The notes: generated by a model from the sequence alone, not told the origin. DNA of 39,723 nt from an uncultured Fidelibacterota bacterium (GCA_913040915.1 CAJWHW010000020.1:1-39723); one strand, 5' to 3'. Counted from the first letter of the stretch, positions 18,285 to 29,127 are shown. Translations and numbers: made by a program.

Positions 18285-18705
18285 AAAATTATTAAATAAC
18301 GATTCTTTATTTGAAGGTAGTAGAGATTGGGCTTTGCTTACTCTGCGAGTTATTCCATCATTTTATATGTTTTATTATCATGGCATGAGAAAAATTACAA
18401 ATGGTATCGATACTTGGAATTGGCTAGGAGAAGCAGTACTCACAATTTTTGGGATCACATTTGGTTTTAAATTATTTGGCTTTTTGGCAGCATTTAGTGA
18501 AGGAGTTTTATCCTGGTTTGTTTTTATTGGATATAAAACACGGATTTCATCACTTTTCCTAATACTTACAATGTTTTTTGCAGGTGTCTATCATTTAGCT
18601 GATGGTGAAAGTGCTGAATCTGCATTTATTTATATGATAGTTTATTTAACAATTTTTCTTATCGGCCCCGGTAAATATAGCCTGGATGAAAAAAATAAAA
18701 TATGA
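18271..18705 (+). CDS. DoxX family membrane protein
   Basis: ATG 18271 after GAGGA. LLTLR, HG..K, E, GYKTR, GPGKYSLD. Confidence 0.85.
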   Translation: MNIIKKLLNNDSLFEGSRDWALLTLRVIPSFYMFYYHGMRKITNGIDTWNWLGEAVLTIFGITFGFKLFGFLAAFSEGVLSWFVFIGYKTRISSLFLILTMFFAGVYHLADGESAESAFIYMIVYLTIFLIGPGKYSLDEKNKI

Positions 18706-19727
18706 AAGCAGTCAGAATATATGAGCATGGTGGATTAAATGTTTTAAAGTGGGATGAAATCTCTGACCCCAAACCTTCACGAAATCAGGTTTTAATTGAT
18801 GTTAAATCAACATCTTTAAACCATCTTGATATATGGGTACGGAAAGGGATTCCCGGAGTTCCGCTTCCTTTAATTACTGGTAGCGATGCTGCCGGTGTTA
18901 TTAGTTCTGTTGGTGAAAATGTAGATGAGAACCGCATCGGTCAAAAAGTAATGATCCAACCATTAGTCTTTTGTGGCCATTGTATAGCCTGTCAATCGGG
19001 AAAACAAAATTTGTGTGATAAAATGGGTATCAGAGGAGAAAACTGTCAAGGAACAAATGCACAGAAAATTGTAGTTGAAAATTCAACAGCATTTCCATTC
19101 CCGAATCATTTAAATTTTGAACAAGCAGCGGCATTTTCATTAGTAGCCCAAACATCTTATCAAATGATATTAAATCGGGCAAAACTAAAATCAAATGAAT
19201 GTATACTTATTTGGGGTGCCAGCTCAGGAGTAGGATCAATGGCAATTCAAATTGCAAAAAGTTTGGGTGCCTTAGTGATTGCTGTTTCAGGTTCTGATAA
19301 AAAATGTGAAAAGGCAACTCAAATTGGTGCTCAGTATGTTCTGAATTATCAGTCTGACGATATTATCAGCTGTGTTAAAAAAATAACTGATAGTAAGGGT
19401 GCCAATGTTGTTTTTGAGCATGTTGGGTCTGCAACCTGGGACATATCCATGCAAATTCTAGCTAGAGGGGGTCGTATTGTTACCTGTGGCGCAACAACTG
19501 GTAATGATGCTAGAATTAATCTTACGCATCTGTTTTTTAAGCAGCAATCTATTCTAGGTTCAACTATGGGTTCAAAATCTGCTTTTGATGGCGCGCTGAA
19601 ACTATTAAATGATGGTGAAATAAATCCAGTAGTTGATCGTATATTTCCTGCCCAAGAAATTGCTTCTGCTCATCAATATTTAGAATCAGGTCAACAGTTT
19701 GGTAAAGTAATATTGACATATGAATAA
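18702..19727 (+). CDS. Zinc-binding dehydrogenase / quinone oxidoreductase (MDR family)
   Basis: SLNHLD, GSDAAG, CGHCIAC..G..NLC, GASSGVG, CGATTG, GSTMG, FGKVIL. Confidence 0.92.
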   Translation: MKAVRIYEHGGLNVLKWDEISDPKPSRNQVLIDVKSTSLNHLDIWVRKGIPGVPLPLITGSDAAGVISSVGENVDENRIGQKVMIQPLVFCGHCIACQSGKQNLCDKMGIRGENCQGTNAQKIVVENSTAFPFPNHLNFEQAAAFSLVAQTSYQMILNRAKLKSNECILIWGASSGVGSMAIQIAKSLGALVIAVSGSDKKCEKATQIGAQYVLNYQSDDIISCVKKITDSKGANVVFEHVGSATWDISMQILARGGRIVTCGATTGNDARINLTHLFFKQQSILGSTMGSKSAFDGALKLLNDGEINPVVDRIFPAQEIASAHQYLESGQQFGKVILTYE

Positions 19728-20301
19728 ATTACTTTTTACATTATTTCCTGTTTTATTAATAGGCCAATTTGACCAAATAACAAATGGTTTGGGCTTAGAT
19801 ATTGGTTCCAGTGGTTCAGGCCTATTTATTGGACGACAATATGTACATATATCAGGAGTTTTTGCAGTCAATGGTGAAATAAGACTTTATGACATTAAAG
19901 CAGAAGAGGAAACTATAGTTTATGATTATTATACCGGACAGTATAAAACGGTTGGAGGGAAAAGTTTATTCATGGTTCCTTTATTCACAGGTGTCAATTA
20001 TTATCCTTTTGTTGGTAAGATTGAGAATAACTTTGCTCCCTTTATTGGATTGAAAGCAGGAGCAGTCTTCACGGCTGATGGTGAAGAATATGGTACTTTT
20101 AGGCAACGTTGGAAGAATCCAAAAACGCAGTTTACACCTGGAGGCTTTTTGGGAATTGGTATTGATTTTATGCTTGCGGGTCGTTCATCGGTTGCAGTCA
20201 TGGTGGGATATGAATATTTACCTCTAAAAGAGATATCTGATGGTAAAAATGATTATTCTGGATTTCTGATTCATGTTTCTTTTAACCGAATCTCAAAGTG
20301 A
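19720..20301 (+). CDS. Hypothetical protein, probable outer-membrane beta-barrel
   Basis: Signal peptide; Gly/aromatic alternating strands (GVNYYPF, PFIGLKAG, GIGIDF). Confidence 0.6.
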   Translation: MNKLLFTLFPVLLIGQFDQITNGLGLDIGSSGSGLFIGRQYVHISGVFAVNGEIRLYDIKAEEETIVYDYYTGQYKTVGGKSLFMVPLFTGVNYYPFVGKIENNFAPFIGLKAGAVFTADGEEYGTFRQRWKNPKTQFTPGGFLGIGIDFMLAGRSSVAVMVGYEYLPLKEISDGKNDYSGFLIHVSFNRISK

Positions 20302-21002
20302 TCCCCAAAAAAGCCTTTTACGTTTCACCCCAGCAAATCCTGAATGGTACATTTACCTTAGATAAAAACGAATCTAAACATGCTATAAATGTTCTCAGGA
20401 TGGATGTCGGTGATGAAATTACTTTATTGGATGGGCATGGAAAAGGTTATCATGGAATCATCCAAGAATTAGATAATCTGGTTACTGGTAATATTCTGAA
20501 AACATATACCAATTTAGGAGAAAATAATATCCAGATTATTTTAGCTCCTGCATTAGTAAAAAAGGATCGTTTTGAATTTATTCTTGAAAAAGCAACTGAG
20601 TTAGGTGTCTCAGAAATCTATCCAGTTTCGATGGAGCGTAGTGTAAAGAATAAATTGAATTTAGAACGATGTAAAAATTTGCTCCAGTCCGCATCAAAAC
20701 AAACATTAAGATCAAATTTTCCAAGAATTCATTTCCCTCAAAACCTAAAAGAAATATTAATAATGGAAGGGTATAAGGTGTGTGCTATGATTGGATCAAA
20801 TCAAAAATTATCTCAACTAAAATTTAATAAAATAAAAACGGTTATTGTTATCATTGGCCCTGAAGGAGATTTCACTAAAAAGGAGATTGAAATTATGAAA
20901 AAAGAAAAAGTTGAATTTTATCAACTAGGAGATAGACGACTTCGTTCTGAAACTGCTGCCATAAATTCTCTTGCTATTTTAAATGAATTATTGGATAGGT
21001 AA
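20298..21002 (+). CDS. rsmE: 16S rRNA m3U1498 methyltransferase
   Basis: H...VLR, KATELGV, IIGPEGDF, LGDRRLRSETA. Confidence 0.95.
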   Translation: MIPKKAFYVSPQQILNGTFTLDKNESKHAINVLRMDVGDEITLLDGHGKGYHGIIQELDNLVTGNILKTYTNLGENNIQIILAPALVKKDRFEFILEKATELGVSEIYPVSMERSVKNKLNLERCKNLLQSASKQTLRSNFPRIHFPQNLKEILIMEGYKVCAMIGSNQKLSQLKFNKIKTVIVIIGPEGDFTKKEIEIMKKEKVEFYQLGDRRLRSETAAINSLAILNELLDR

Positions 21003-21007
21003 TTCCA

Positions 21008-21352
21008 ATGGATAATTGTTTATTCTGCAAAATTATTATCGGTGAAATTCCTGCTGATACAGTTTATGAAAATGAAAAGATACTTGCTTTTAGAGATATA
21101 AATCCACAAGCACCAGTTCATATTTTGATTATTCCAAAAATTCATATTTCAACTTTAAATGATTTAAAAGTTGAACATACTGATCTAGTAGGTCAGCTTA
21201 TCACAACGGCTTCGGAATTGGCTAAAAAAGAAGGTGTCGCCGATGCTGGTTACAGATTAGGTTTTAACTGCAATTTAGCTGGTGGTCAGACTGTTTTTCA
21301 TATTCACTTACATTTGCTTGGTGGCAGGAAATTTGACTGGCCTCCAGGTTAG
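21008..21352 (+). CDS. hinT: Histidine triad (HIT) nucleotide-binding protein
   Basis: CLFCKI, AFRDINPQAPVH, GQTVFHIHLHLLGG, WPPG. Confidence 0.93.
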   Translation: MDNCLFCKIIIGEIPADTVYENEKILAFRDINPQAPVHILIIPKIHISTLNDLKVEHTDLVGQLITTASELAKKEGVADAGYRLGFNCNLAGGQTVFHIHLHLLGGRKFDWPPG

Positions 21353-21502
21353 TGGTTTATAAGATTAGTTTAAATTTGAGTAATTACATTAAAATCACAC
21401 TGACTCAAATTATCCAAACTAATTTTAAATATTAGTTTAGATCGCTATTCTATTCTCGACGGAATTCACGTAAATTTTAGAACCACATTCTAACCAGCGC
21501 TC

Positions 21503-24500
21503 ATGTATATATCTGAATTAAAAATGCATGGCTTCAAATCTTTCGCCAATAAAGAAGTCATGAAACTAGGCCAAGGCATTACCACAGTCGTGGGCCCAAA
21601 TGGGTGTGGAAAAACCAATATTGTAGATGCTATAAGATGGGTTCTTGGCGAACAAAAATACAGAGTCCTTCGAAGCGGTAAAATGGAAGATGTCATTTTC
21701 AATGGAGCGGATGGACTAAAACCTTTGGGAGTCTGTGAAGTTTCTATGACTGTCCACAATAACGCTGGAAAATTACCTATAGAATATAATGATATTGAAA
21801 TTGCCCGCCGTGTTTATCGGAGCGGTGAATCCGAATATTACTTGAATAAAACCCAATGCCGCCTTAAAGATATTATGGATCTCTTTGTTGACACTGGCAT
21901 GGGTGCAGATGCATATTCAGTAATTGAACTCAAAATGATTGAACAAATATTATCTGAGACAGCTGATGATAGACGAAAAATGTTTGAAGAAGCAGCAGGA
22001 ATTCACAAATATAGAACTCAACGAAAATCAACCATCCGGAAATTTGAAGTCACACGCGCAGATCTAGAGCGTGTTCAGGACATTATTACGGAAGTGGAGC
22101 AAAAAGTACATCATTTAGGACTTCAACTGAAAAGATTCAAACGTCATAATACATTAATTCAAATACTAGAAGAAAAAGATATTGATTTGGCATTTTTACA
22201 AATCCATAGAAATGAATCTATTTCAGCACCACTCCGGACTAGAATTGAAGAATACAAACATCTACGAGAGTCAAAAACCTCAGAATTTTCCGCTCATCAA
22301 GGAGAATTAGAACAATTCCGATCCAATTATAAAGAACAAGAAAAAGAACTCTCTGAAATGCAGTCTTTTATGTCTGGAATGAATACTGATCGGGAAGATT
22401 TAAGAAATAAAATTTTAGTCTGGGCTGAACAGGGTCGGGGTGCGCTTTTAACTGTAGATCGTCTTGAAAGAGAACATTCAACGAATTTTCAAAAAATCCA
22501 AAGTCTGAAACAACTTAGTTTAGATTTTGATAAAGAGATGTCCAACTTAGAACCTGTAATTGAAGATCAACTTAAAACTTATAAATCTGAAAAAGAAAAG
22601 TTTGAATTCATTGAAAAGAATTACCAGCAAACAGTCCAAGAGCTGGATAACAAACAAAATGAACGATGGGATTTACAACGAAAATTAAGTGATGATCGCT
22701 CTTTATTTGAACGGACTCGAGCTCTAGTTGACGATAAGCAGTCATTAGTTGATAAACTCACAAAACGGATTAAGGGATTAAAAGAATTAAAGCAGAAAGA
22801 TATTTTTAAAAATAAACAACTTTCCAGTAATAAAAAGACTGCTGGTGAAAAATTAGCAGATGCGCAATCTGAACTTGTAAAAATTGAATCTGCTCTAAAA
22901 TCATATAAAGAAAGACAGCATAAATTTTCTGAAAAAAGGCACCAGGTATCTGCGGAGATTAAATCATTGATCGGACAGAAAGCATTTTATCATGAATTAG
23001 TTGAAAGAAAGGAGGGCTTTCCTGATGGGACACGGTTTGTATTAGAGAACCCTAAATTATTTCCAGGAGTTTTAGGAACAGTTGCTGATATGTTTCAAAT
23101 TGATGAATCGAACCGGGATGCATTAGAATCAGGCCTTGGTGATTTATCCCATTGCCTTATTGCTAAAGATAAAAAATCTGCATTAAAAACAATGGAAGTT
23201 GCCCGGAAAAATCAAGCCGGTGACTTTACACTAATTCCGCTAAAAGAAGCAAAATCTCTTAAAGTCTCTTTGGAAAAACTCCCAAAATCCAAAAATATTA
23301 TAGGCCGGGCATCAGAATTGGTTTCAACTAGCAAGGAATTAGGAGTTTTAGCAGATTATTTACTTGGTAATCTACTTATCGTTGACGATTTAAAAAGTGC
23401 AATAGCTTCTTCAGATTTAGATGGCTGGGGTTTGGTGGATCAATCTGGATCGTATTCTGGTAGCGACCTTATATTAAAAAATAGACAGATTTCAGAGCAT
23501 GGAAATATTATTGGTCGTCAGAAAAAATTGGATTCTATATCAGTAGAATTAACAGCGATGCTTGCAAAAGAAAATGGTATAAAATCTGAGTTAGTAACAA
23601 TTGATAAAGATATTCACGCCCTCGAAGATGGTTTAAAATCTCAATTGACAAACATCGAAAAATTATCTCAGGATGTTCTCCATTTGGAGACAGAAGAAAT
23701 AAGATTGCAATTCAATTCAAATCAAATTGACGATTCAATAATAACTGCAACGGAAGAATTGGACGAGACAAAACAAATCCTATCTGATTCGCAGAAAGCA
23801 TTGAAATCACTTGAGCCAGCCATGGAAAAAGCAAAAAAATCATTAGATTCGTTCCAGAAAAAGGTGGATGATGCTAACGAAATGATGCTTACCGCACGTA
23901 AAGAGAGGGACAAGTTCCAACAAAAACTTCAGGATACTAGAATTCAATTGATTGAGTTAGAAACTCATCGAGATCAGGTCAAGTTCAAAAAATTATCAGG
24001 TAAAGAAACACAAGCTGAGCTAGTTAACAGGCAAGACATAATCAAAAATGAAATTTCTGATTTAAAAAGACAAAATACAAAACTAGATAAACAAGTCAAA
24101 GAAGGAGAAAAATCTTTGGAAACTTTGAATGCTAAGATTCAAAAACAAAGATCTATCCTTGATTTAAAACAATCCGTTTATCGAGAGACTTTTCAGCAGA
24201 TTGAAGCTGTTCAAGCAAAAATTGCAGCTGAGCAGCGTGACAGAGAACAAATTTTGGAAGATTTAAAAAATGCCGAATTAGAAGCTTCCGAAACAGACCA
24301 AATGATTCGTTTAATACGCGAACGAATTCGAGATCGATATAATAAACAGGTTCCAAAAAATCTTGTTATAGATGAAACAGAAGAACAGCTTGAAATTCAG
24401 ATAAATAAAATCCAAAGAAGTATAGAAAATATTGGCCCTGTGAATATGGCTGTTCAAGCTGAATATGAAGAAGAAAATGAGCGTTTAGAAGTTCTCTCAA

Positions 24501-25024
24501 TACAGCGAGATGATTTAATAGAAGCAGAAGAAAATCTTCGTGAAACTATTCGAAAAATTGATAAAGTTGCACGTAAACGATTCTCAGAGACTTTTGATTT
24601 AATTAAAACAAACTTTGAACAACTATTCCATTTATTTTTTGAAGGCGGTAATGCGACACTAAAATTAGTCGGTGATCCAGATCCATTGGAAGCAGATATT
24701 GCAATTGAAGCACAACCACCAGGGAAAAGAAATACCTCTTTGCGATTATTATCCAGTGGTGAAAAAGCATTAACAGCAATATCTTTATTATTTGCAATAT
24801 ATCAAGTTAAACCAAGTCCATACTGTATTTTGGATGAGGTGGATGCACCTTTGGATGATGTTAACATTCATAAATTCACACGTGTTTTAGCGAAATTCTG
24901 TGATGAAACGCAATTCATTATTGTGACGCACAATAAATTGACTATGGAAATTGCTGATTTTATGTATGGCGTGACACAGGAAAAGAAGGGCGTTTCTCAA
25001 TTGGTCTCCGTAAAGTTTCATTAA
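21503..25024 (+). CDS. smc: Chromosome segregation protein SMC
   Basis: GFKSF, GPNGCGKTN, coiled coils, hinge, LSSGEKAL, LDEVDAPLD. Confidence 0.97.
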   Translation: MYISELKMHGFKSFANKEVMKLGQGITTVVGPNGCGKTNIVDAIRWVLGEQKYRVLRSGKMEDVIFNGADGLKPLGVCEVSMTVHNNAGKLPIEYNDIEIARRVYRSGESEYYLNKTQCRLKDIMDLFVDTGMGADAYSVIELKMIEQILSETADDRRKMFEEAAGIHKYRTQRKSTIRKFEVTRADLERVQDIITEVEQKVHHLGLQLKRFKRHNTLIQILEEKDIDLAFLQIHRNESISAPLRTRIEEYKHLRESKTSEFSAHQGELEQFRSNYKEQEKELSEMQSFMSGMNTDREDLRNKILVWAEQGRGALLTVDRLEREHSTNFQKIQSLKQLSLDFDKEMSNLEPVIEDQLKTYKSEKEKFEFIEKNYQQTVQELDNKQNERWDLQRKLSDDRSLFERTRALVDDKQSLVDKLTKRIKGLKELKQKDIFKNKQLSSNKKTAGEKLADAQSELVKIESALKSYKERQHKFSEKRHQVSAEIKSLIGQKAFYHELVERKEGFPDGTRFVLENPKLFPGVLGTVADMFQIDESNRDALESGLGDLSHCLIAKDKKSALKTMEVARKNQAGDFTLIPLKEAKSLKVSLEKLPKSKNIIGRASELVSTSKELGVLADYLLGNLLIVDDLKSAIASSDLDGWGLVDQSGSYSGSDLILKNRQISEHGNIIGRQKKLDSISVELTAMLAKENGIKSELVTIDKDIHALEDGLKSQLTNIEKLSQDVLHLETEEIRLQFNSNQIDDSIITATEELDETKQILSDSQKALKSLEPAMEKAKKSLDSFQKKVDDANEMMLTARKERDKFQQKLQDTRIQLIELETHRDQVKFKKLSGKETQAELVNRQDIIKNEISDLKRQNTKLDKQVKEGEKSLETLNAKIQKQRSILDLKQSVYRETFQQIEAVQAKIAAEQRDREQILEDLKNAELEASETDQMIRLIRERIRDRYNKQVPKNLVIDETEEQLEIQINKIQRSIENIGPVNMAVQAEYEEENERLEVLSIQRDDLIEAEENLRETIRKIDKVARKRFSETFDLIKTNFEQLFHLFFEGGNATLKLVGDPDPLEADIAIEAQPPGKRNTSLRLLSSGEKALTAISLLFAIYQVKPSPYCILDEVDAPLDDVNIHKFTRVLAKFCDETQFIIVTHNKLTMEIADFMYGVTQEKKGVSQLVSVKFH

Positions 25025-25036
25025 ACTCTCATTTTT

Positions 25037-26098
25037 ATGGCGACCATAATTTCTAATTTAATTGAAACATATCCTTTCCTTCGGCAATGGATACTCCCAT
25101 TCATTATTATTCTGGTAGGTATTATTGCAGGGCTTTTCTTCAAACGATTTATTCATTCCCGATTAAAATCTGCAGCAGCTAAATCTGACTGGGAAGGAGA
25201 TGATGTCATTCTGGATGCCATTGAATCTCAAATTATTCTTTGGTTCTTTTGGGGAGCTTTATCAATTACGCTAAAAAATGTCGAGATCGTTGAACCGTAT
25301 GGACTTTATGTTTCAAAATTCTTAATTATTGTATTGATTGCATCCATAACTCATGCAGCGGCAAAAATGATTGTAGGGCTTTTTGAACTTTGGTCAAAAA
25401 AACAAGCTGGTGGATTGCCTTCTACAGCTATGTTTACGAATTTTGTCTGGATAACAGTATATGTTATCGGCCTATTAATTATTTTTGATTCTCTGAATAT
25501 TTCTATAGCACCAATGCTAACTGCATTAGGAGTAGGGGGTCTGGCAGTATCCTTGGCATTAAAAGATACTCTGGCAGATATTTTTGCTGGACTACACATT
25601 ATTTTAAGCAAAAAAGTGCAACCAGGTGATTTTGTTAGTTTGGATTCTGGAGAAATGGGATATATAAAAAATATTACTTGGCGAAACACTACAATGATGG
25701 AAAGAACTAATAATATTATACATATCCCAAATACAAAACTATCTAATGCAATTGTAAAAAATTATGATAGCGGTGACCCTAGTTTCTCAATTAAAATTCC
25801 TGTGGGAGTGGGTTATAATTCTGATTTAGATAAAGTAGAAAAAGTTGTAATGGAAGTTGCAAACAGTCTTCATAGATCCATGCTGGAAGAAATGAATCAG
25901 GATGCGGAGCCAGCGTTTAAGTTTCGGGGGTTTGGCCAATCCAGTATTGATTTTATGGTGTATTTCCGCGGTAATAAATACGGTGATCAAAATCCAATTA
26001 TTCACGAATTTGTAAAAAGGCTACATCGTCGTTTTAACGATGAAGGAATTGAGATACCATTTCCCATGAGAACTATTATTAATCGATCAGAATTATAA
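25037..26098 (+). CDS. Mechanosensitive ion channel, MscS family
   Basis: LGVGGLAVSLALKDTL..IFAG, PGDFV, IPN, GIEIPFP. Confidence 0.92.
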   Translation: MATIISNLIETYPFLRQWILPFIIILVGIIAGLFFKRFIHSRLKSAAAKSDWEGDDVILDAIESQIILWFFWGALSITLKNVEIVEPYGLYVSKFLIIVLIASITHAAAKMIVGLFELWSKKQAGGLPSTAMFTNFVWITVYVIGLLIIFDSLNISIAPMLTALGVGGLAVSLALKDTLADIFAGLHIILSKKVQPGDFVSLDSGEMGYIKNITWRNTTMMERTNNIIHIPNTKLSNAIVKNYDSGDPSFSIKIPVGVGYNSDLDKVEKVVMEVANSLHRSMLEEMNQDAEPAFKFRGFGQSSIDFMVYFRGNKYGDQNPIIHEFVKRLHRRFNDEGIEIPFPMRTIINRSEL

Positions 26099-26464
26099 AT
26101 GAAAACTTGGGTCATTATTGGAACATTAATGGCAGGAATAGCTGTTTTGATTGGATCATTTGGTGCTCATGGACTTAAATCTAAACTTTCTACAGATGAT
26201 TTAGCCATTTTTGAAACAGGTGTTCGTTATCATATGTACCATGCTTTGGGTTTAATAATCATCGGCGGAATAGGATTCCATGTATCACAAAATATAATCC
26301 AAATTCCAGCATATTTACTTCTCAGTGGTATTATCATTTTTTGTGGTAGTCTTTACCTTTTAGTTTTAACGAATATCCGTTGGATTGGTGCTTTTACACC
26401 CATTGGTGGAATTTGTTTTATAATTGGATGGTTTTTACTAGCATTTAATCTTTATAAATCCTGA
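26099..26464 (+). CDS. DUF423 (YgdD/TMEM256) membrane protein
   Basis: G.FGAHGL, YHMYHAL, GSLYLL, TPIGG. Confidence 0.9.
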   Translation: MKTWVIIGTLMAGIAVLIGSFGAHGLKSKLSTDDLAIFETGVRYHMYHALGLIIIGGIGFHVSQNIIQIPAYLLLSGIIIFCGSLYLLVLTNIRWIGAFTPIGGICFIIGWFLLAFNLYKS

Positions 26465-26465
26465 T

Positions 26466-27764
26466 TTGATTCAACGCGACGCAAGCCGTCATCTGTCAGG
26501 TGGTACAGCATCATCATTTGTTGTGGCTTCTATGATTGGCACTGGTGTATTCACCAGTTTGGGGTTTCAACTCGTTGACATTCAATCAGTTTTTCCATTG
26601 ATCATGTTATGGATTGTGGGTGGAATTGTAGCCTTATGTGGAGCACTAGTGTATAGTGAATTAGGGACTGCTTTTCCTAGATCCGGTGGGGAATACAATT
26701 TATTGAGTCGAATCATCCACCCATCCATTGGATTTGGTGCAGGAATTGTTTCAGCAACTGTTGGGTTTACAGCACCGGCAGTTTTAGCAGCAATGGCTCT
26801 AGGTAGCTATTTATCTGCAGTATTCCAACAATTAAATCCTGTAATAGTAGCATCGATTGTTATTTTAGTTTCTCATGTAATACACATGAATAGTATAAAG
26901 TGGGGAACTTTATTCCAGGAAAGTTCCACTACAGTTAAAATTGGATTGATTCTAATCTTTATTGGATTTGGATATTTGGTGGATACTCCACAGAATATTT
27001 CAATCTTGCCTAAAGTAGGCGATGGTGCGCTATTATTTAGTTCAGGCTTTGCAGTTAGTTTGGTTTGGGTATCTTATGCTTATACTGGTTGGAATTCTGT
27101 TGTGTACATCGCTGGAGAAATCCGAAATCCTAAAATGAATATCTTTCGCTCAATGCTTATCGCAACAGCTTTTGTTATGGTACTTTATATTTTGCTAAAT
27201 TATATTTTTTTATCATCAACTCCAATGGATTCTATGGTAGGGCAGGTTGAAGTTGGTTACATTGTAGGAATTCATATTTTTGGTGAAAATGGTGCCAATC
27301 TAATTGGATTGGGAATTTCAATATTGCTTTTATCTACTGTTAGCAGTTATGTATATATCGGACCAAGAATAATGCAAGTCATGGGAGAAGATCATGATTT
27401 TATTAGTTTTCTAAAAAAGAAAAATGAAATAGGAATACCTGTAAATGCTTTTTGGGTACAATTGTCATTATCATTCATTTTTATCTTAACATCTACTTTT
27501 GAACAAGTCCTTATGTATGCTGGAATTACCCTAATTATCACAACAACTTTAACTGTAATCTCGTTTTTTGTTCTAAGGGTAAAGGAACCTGGTCTTAACC
27601 GCCCCTATCAAGTGTGGGGATATCCATTTACACCCGTGATTTTCATCATTGTAAACTTTTGGATCTTATTTTATTCTTTTAAAGAAACTACTTTTGAAAG
27701 CATTGTGGGTGTTGCTATCATTTTATTTAGTATACTTCTTTATATTTTCCATGAGAAAAAATAG
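26466..27764 (+). CDS. APC-family amino acid permease
   Basis: MIGTGVF, YSELG..FP.SGGEY, YAYTGWN, GEI.NP, RPYQVWGYP. Confidence 0.92.
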   Translation: MIQRDASRHLSGGTASSFVVASMIGTGVFTSLGFQLVDIQSVFPLIMLWIVGGIVALCGALVYSELGTAFPRSGGEYNLLSRIIHPSIGFGAGIVSATVGFTAPAVLAAMALGSYLSAVFQQLNPVIVASIVILVSHVIHMNSIKWGTLFQESSTTVKIGLILIFIGFGYLVDTPQNISILPKVGDGALLFSSGFAVSLVWVSYAYTGWNSVVYIAGEIRNPKMNIFRSMLIATAFVMVLYILLNYIFLSSTPMDSMVGQVEVGYIVGIHIFGENGANLIGLGISILLLSTVSSYVYIGPRIMQVMGEDHDFISFLKKKNEIGIPVNAFWVQLSLSFIFILTSTFEQVLMYAGITLIITTTLTVISFFVLRVKEPGLNRPYQVWGYPFTPVIFIIVNFWILFYSFKETTFESIVGVAIILFSILLYIFHEKK

Positions 27765-28641
27765 CAATATTAGAAAAACTCCAATTATTCTAGATGGTGC
27801 CATGGGAACTGAATTAATAAATCGCGGCATTGAATGCCCATTACCCCTATGGTCTGCAAATGCCAATATTACTCACCCTAAGATTGTAGAAGAAATTCAT
27901 TTACAATACGTTGAAGCAGGTGCATCTGTAATTACGACTAATACTTTTCGATCTACAAAATGGACCTACTTGAAAGTAGGTTATAATAAATACGATGCAC
28001 AAGAGAAAGCAAAAAGAAGTTTATTTTCGGCAGTGGAATCTGCTCAGAAGGCCAAAAGTGACGGTGTACGAGTCGCGGGTTCAATCACATCTGTTGAAGA
28101 TTGTTACTTACCGGAAAAATTCCCTGGGAAAGCCATAACCGAAGAAACTTATGGTGAAATACTAGAACTTTTCTCTGAATCTGATTTAGATATAATCCTA
28201 TTTGAAACCATGGGCAATATTCATGAAATTAGAATTGGGCTTGATTTATCACAATCCATTCAGATTCCTGTTTGGCTAAGTGTTATCATGAAGGATGATA
28301 AACATATTTTAGATGGTACACCAATAAGAAATGTAATATCTATAATCCCCTCAAATGCAATAAACTGTTTACTTGTTAATTGTAACACCTTGGACATTAC
28401 CATGAAAGCAATCCACTTTATGAATCAAGAATGGGGTGGCTATTGGGGGGCGTATCCAAATTTAGGAGAGTCTGATTACAAAAATGATTATTTTGATGTA
28501 ATAGATACATCTAATTTCTTAGATGGATTTCAATCAATTTTAAAAAATAAACCGGATGTCATCGGTGTCTGCTGCGGCTCCACACCAATGCATATTAATC
28601 AATTAACTAAACTAATTCCTGCTCATGCATTTAAAGATTAA
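27751..28641 (+). CDS. Homocysteine S-methyltransferase family protein (MmuM/BHMT-like)
   Basis: LDGAMGTEL, PLWSA, GASVITTNTF, FET, VNC, YPN, GVCCG Zn ligands. Start moved to ATG 27751. Confidence 0.88.
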   Translation: MRKNSNIRKTPIILDGAMGTELINRGIECPLPLWSANANITHPKIVEEIHLQYVEAGASVITTNTFRSTKWTYLKVGYNKYDAQEKAKRSLFSAVESAQKAKSDGVRVAGSITSVEDCYLPEKFPGKAITEETYGEILELFSESDLDIILFETMGNIHEIRIGLDLSQSIQIPVWLSVIMKDDKHILDGTPIRNVISIIPSNAINCLLVNCNTLDITMKAIHFMNQEWGGYWGAYPNLGESDYKNDYFDVIDTSNFLDGFQSILKNKPDVIGVCCGSTPMHINQLTKLIPAHAFKD

Positions 28642-29062
28642 ACCTTTTAATGATACTATAAAATCTCTCTATAAGAACCATGGACATTTCCATGAAGGAG
28701 ATGCTGGTATTGATCTCTTTATTGTTGAAAAACAAACAATTAAGGCAGGTGAAACTGCACTAATTCATTTAGGCATAGCTTGTGAGAATACAGAAAATAA
28801 ACCATATCTATTAATGCCAAGATCAAGTATCTTCAAAACACCACTTCGCCAATGTAATTCAATTGGTCTAATTGACGCAGGGTACCGAGGACAGATTATG
28901 GTAGCTGTAGATAATATAAAAGATGATGACTATGTGATAGAGGTGAAACAACGGTTATTTCAGTTGGTTGCCATGGATGGGAGCCCAATCTATTTTGAGT
29001 TAATAGACGAATTGACAGAAACTACGCGTGGTGAAGGAGGCTTTGGATCAACAGGGGGATAA
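28625..29062 (+). CDS. dut: Trimeric dUTP diphosphatase
   Basis: AGIDL, PRSS, GLIDAGYRG, QL, RGEGGFGSTG. Confidence 0.95.
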   Translation: MHLKIKPFNDTIKSLYKNHGHFHEGDAGIDLFIVEKQTIKAGETALIHLGIACENTENKPYLLMPRSSIFKTPLRQCNSIGLIDAGYRGQIMVAVDNIKDDDYVIEVKQRLFQLVAMDGSPIYFELIDELTETTRGEGGFGSTGG

Positions 29063-29127
29063 AGCCAATACTTGCCATATTGGCAATATAATAACTATAA
29101 ATACATCAAAATGAATTAAAACAAATA

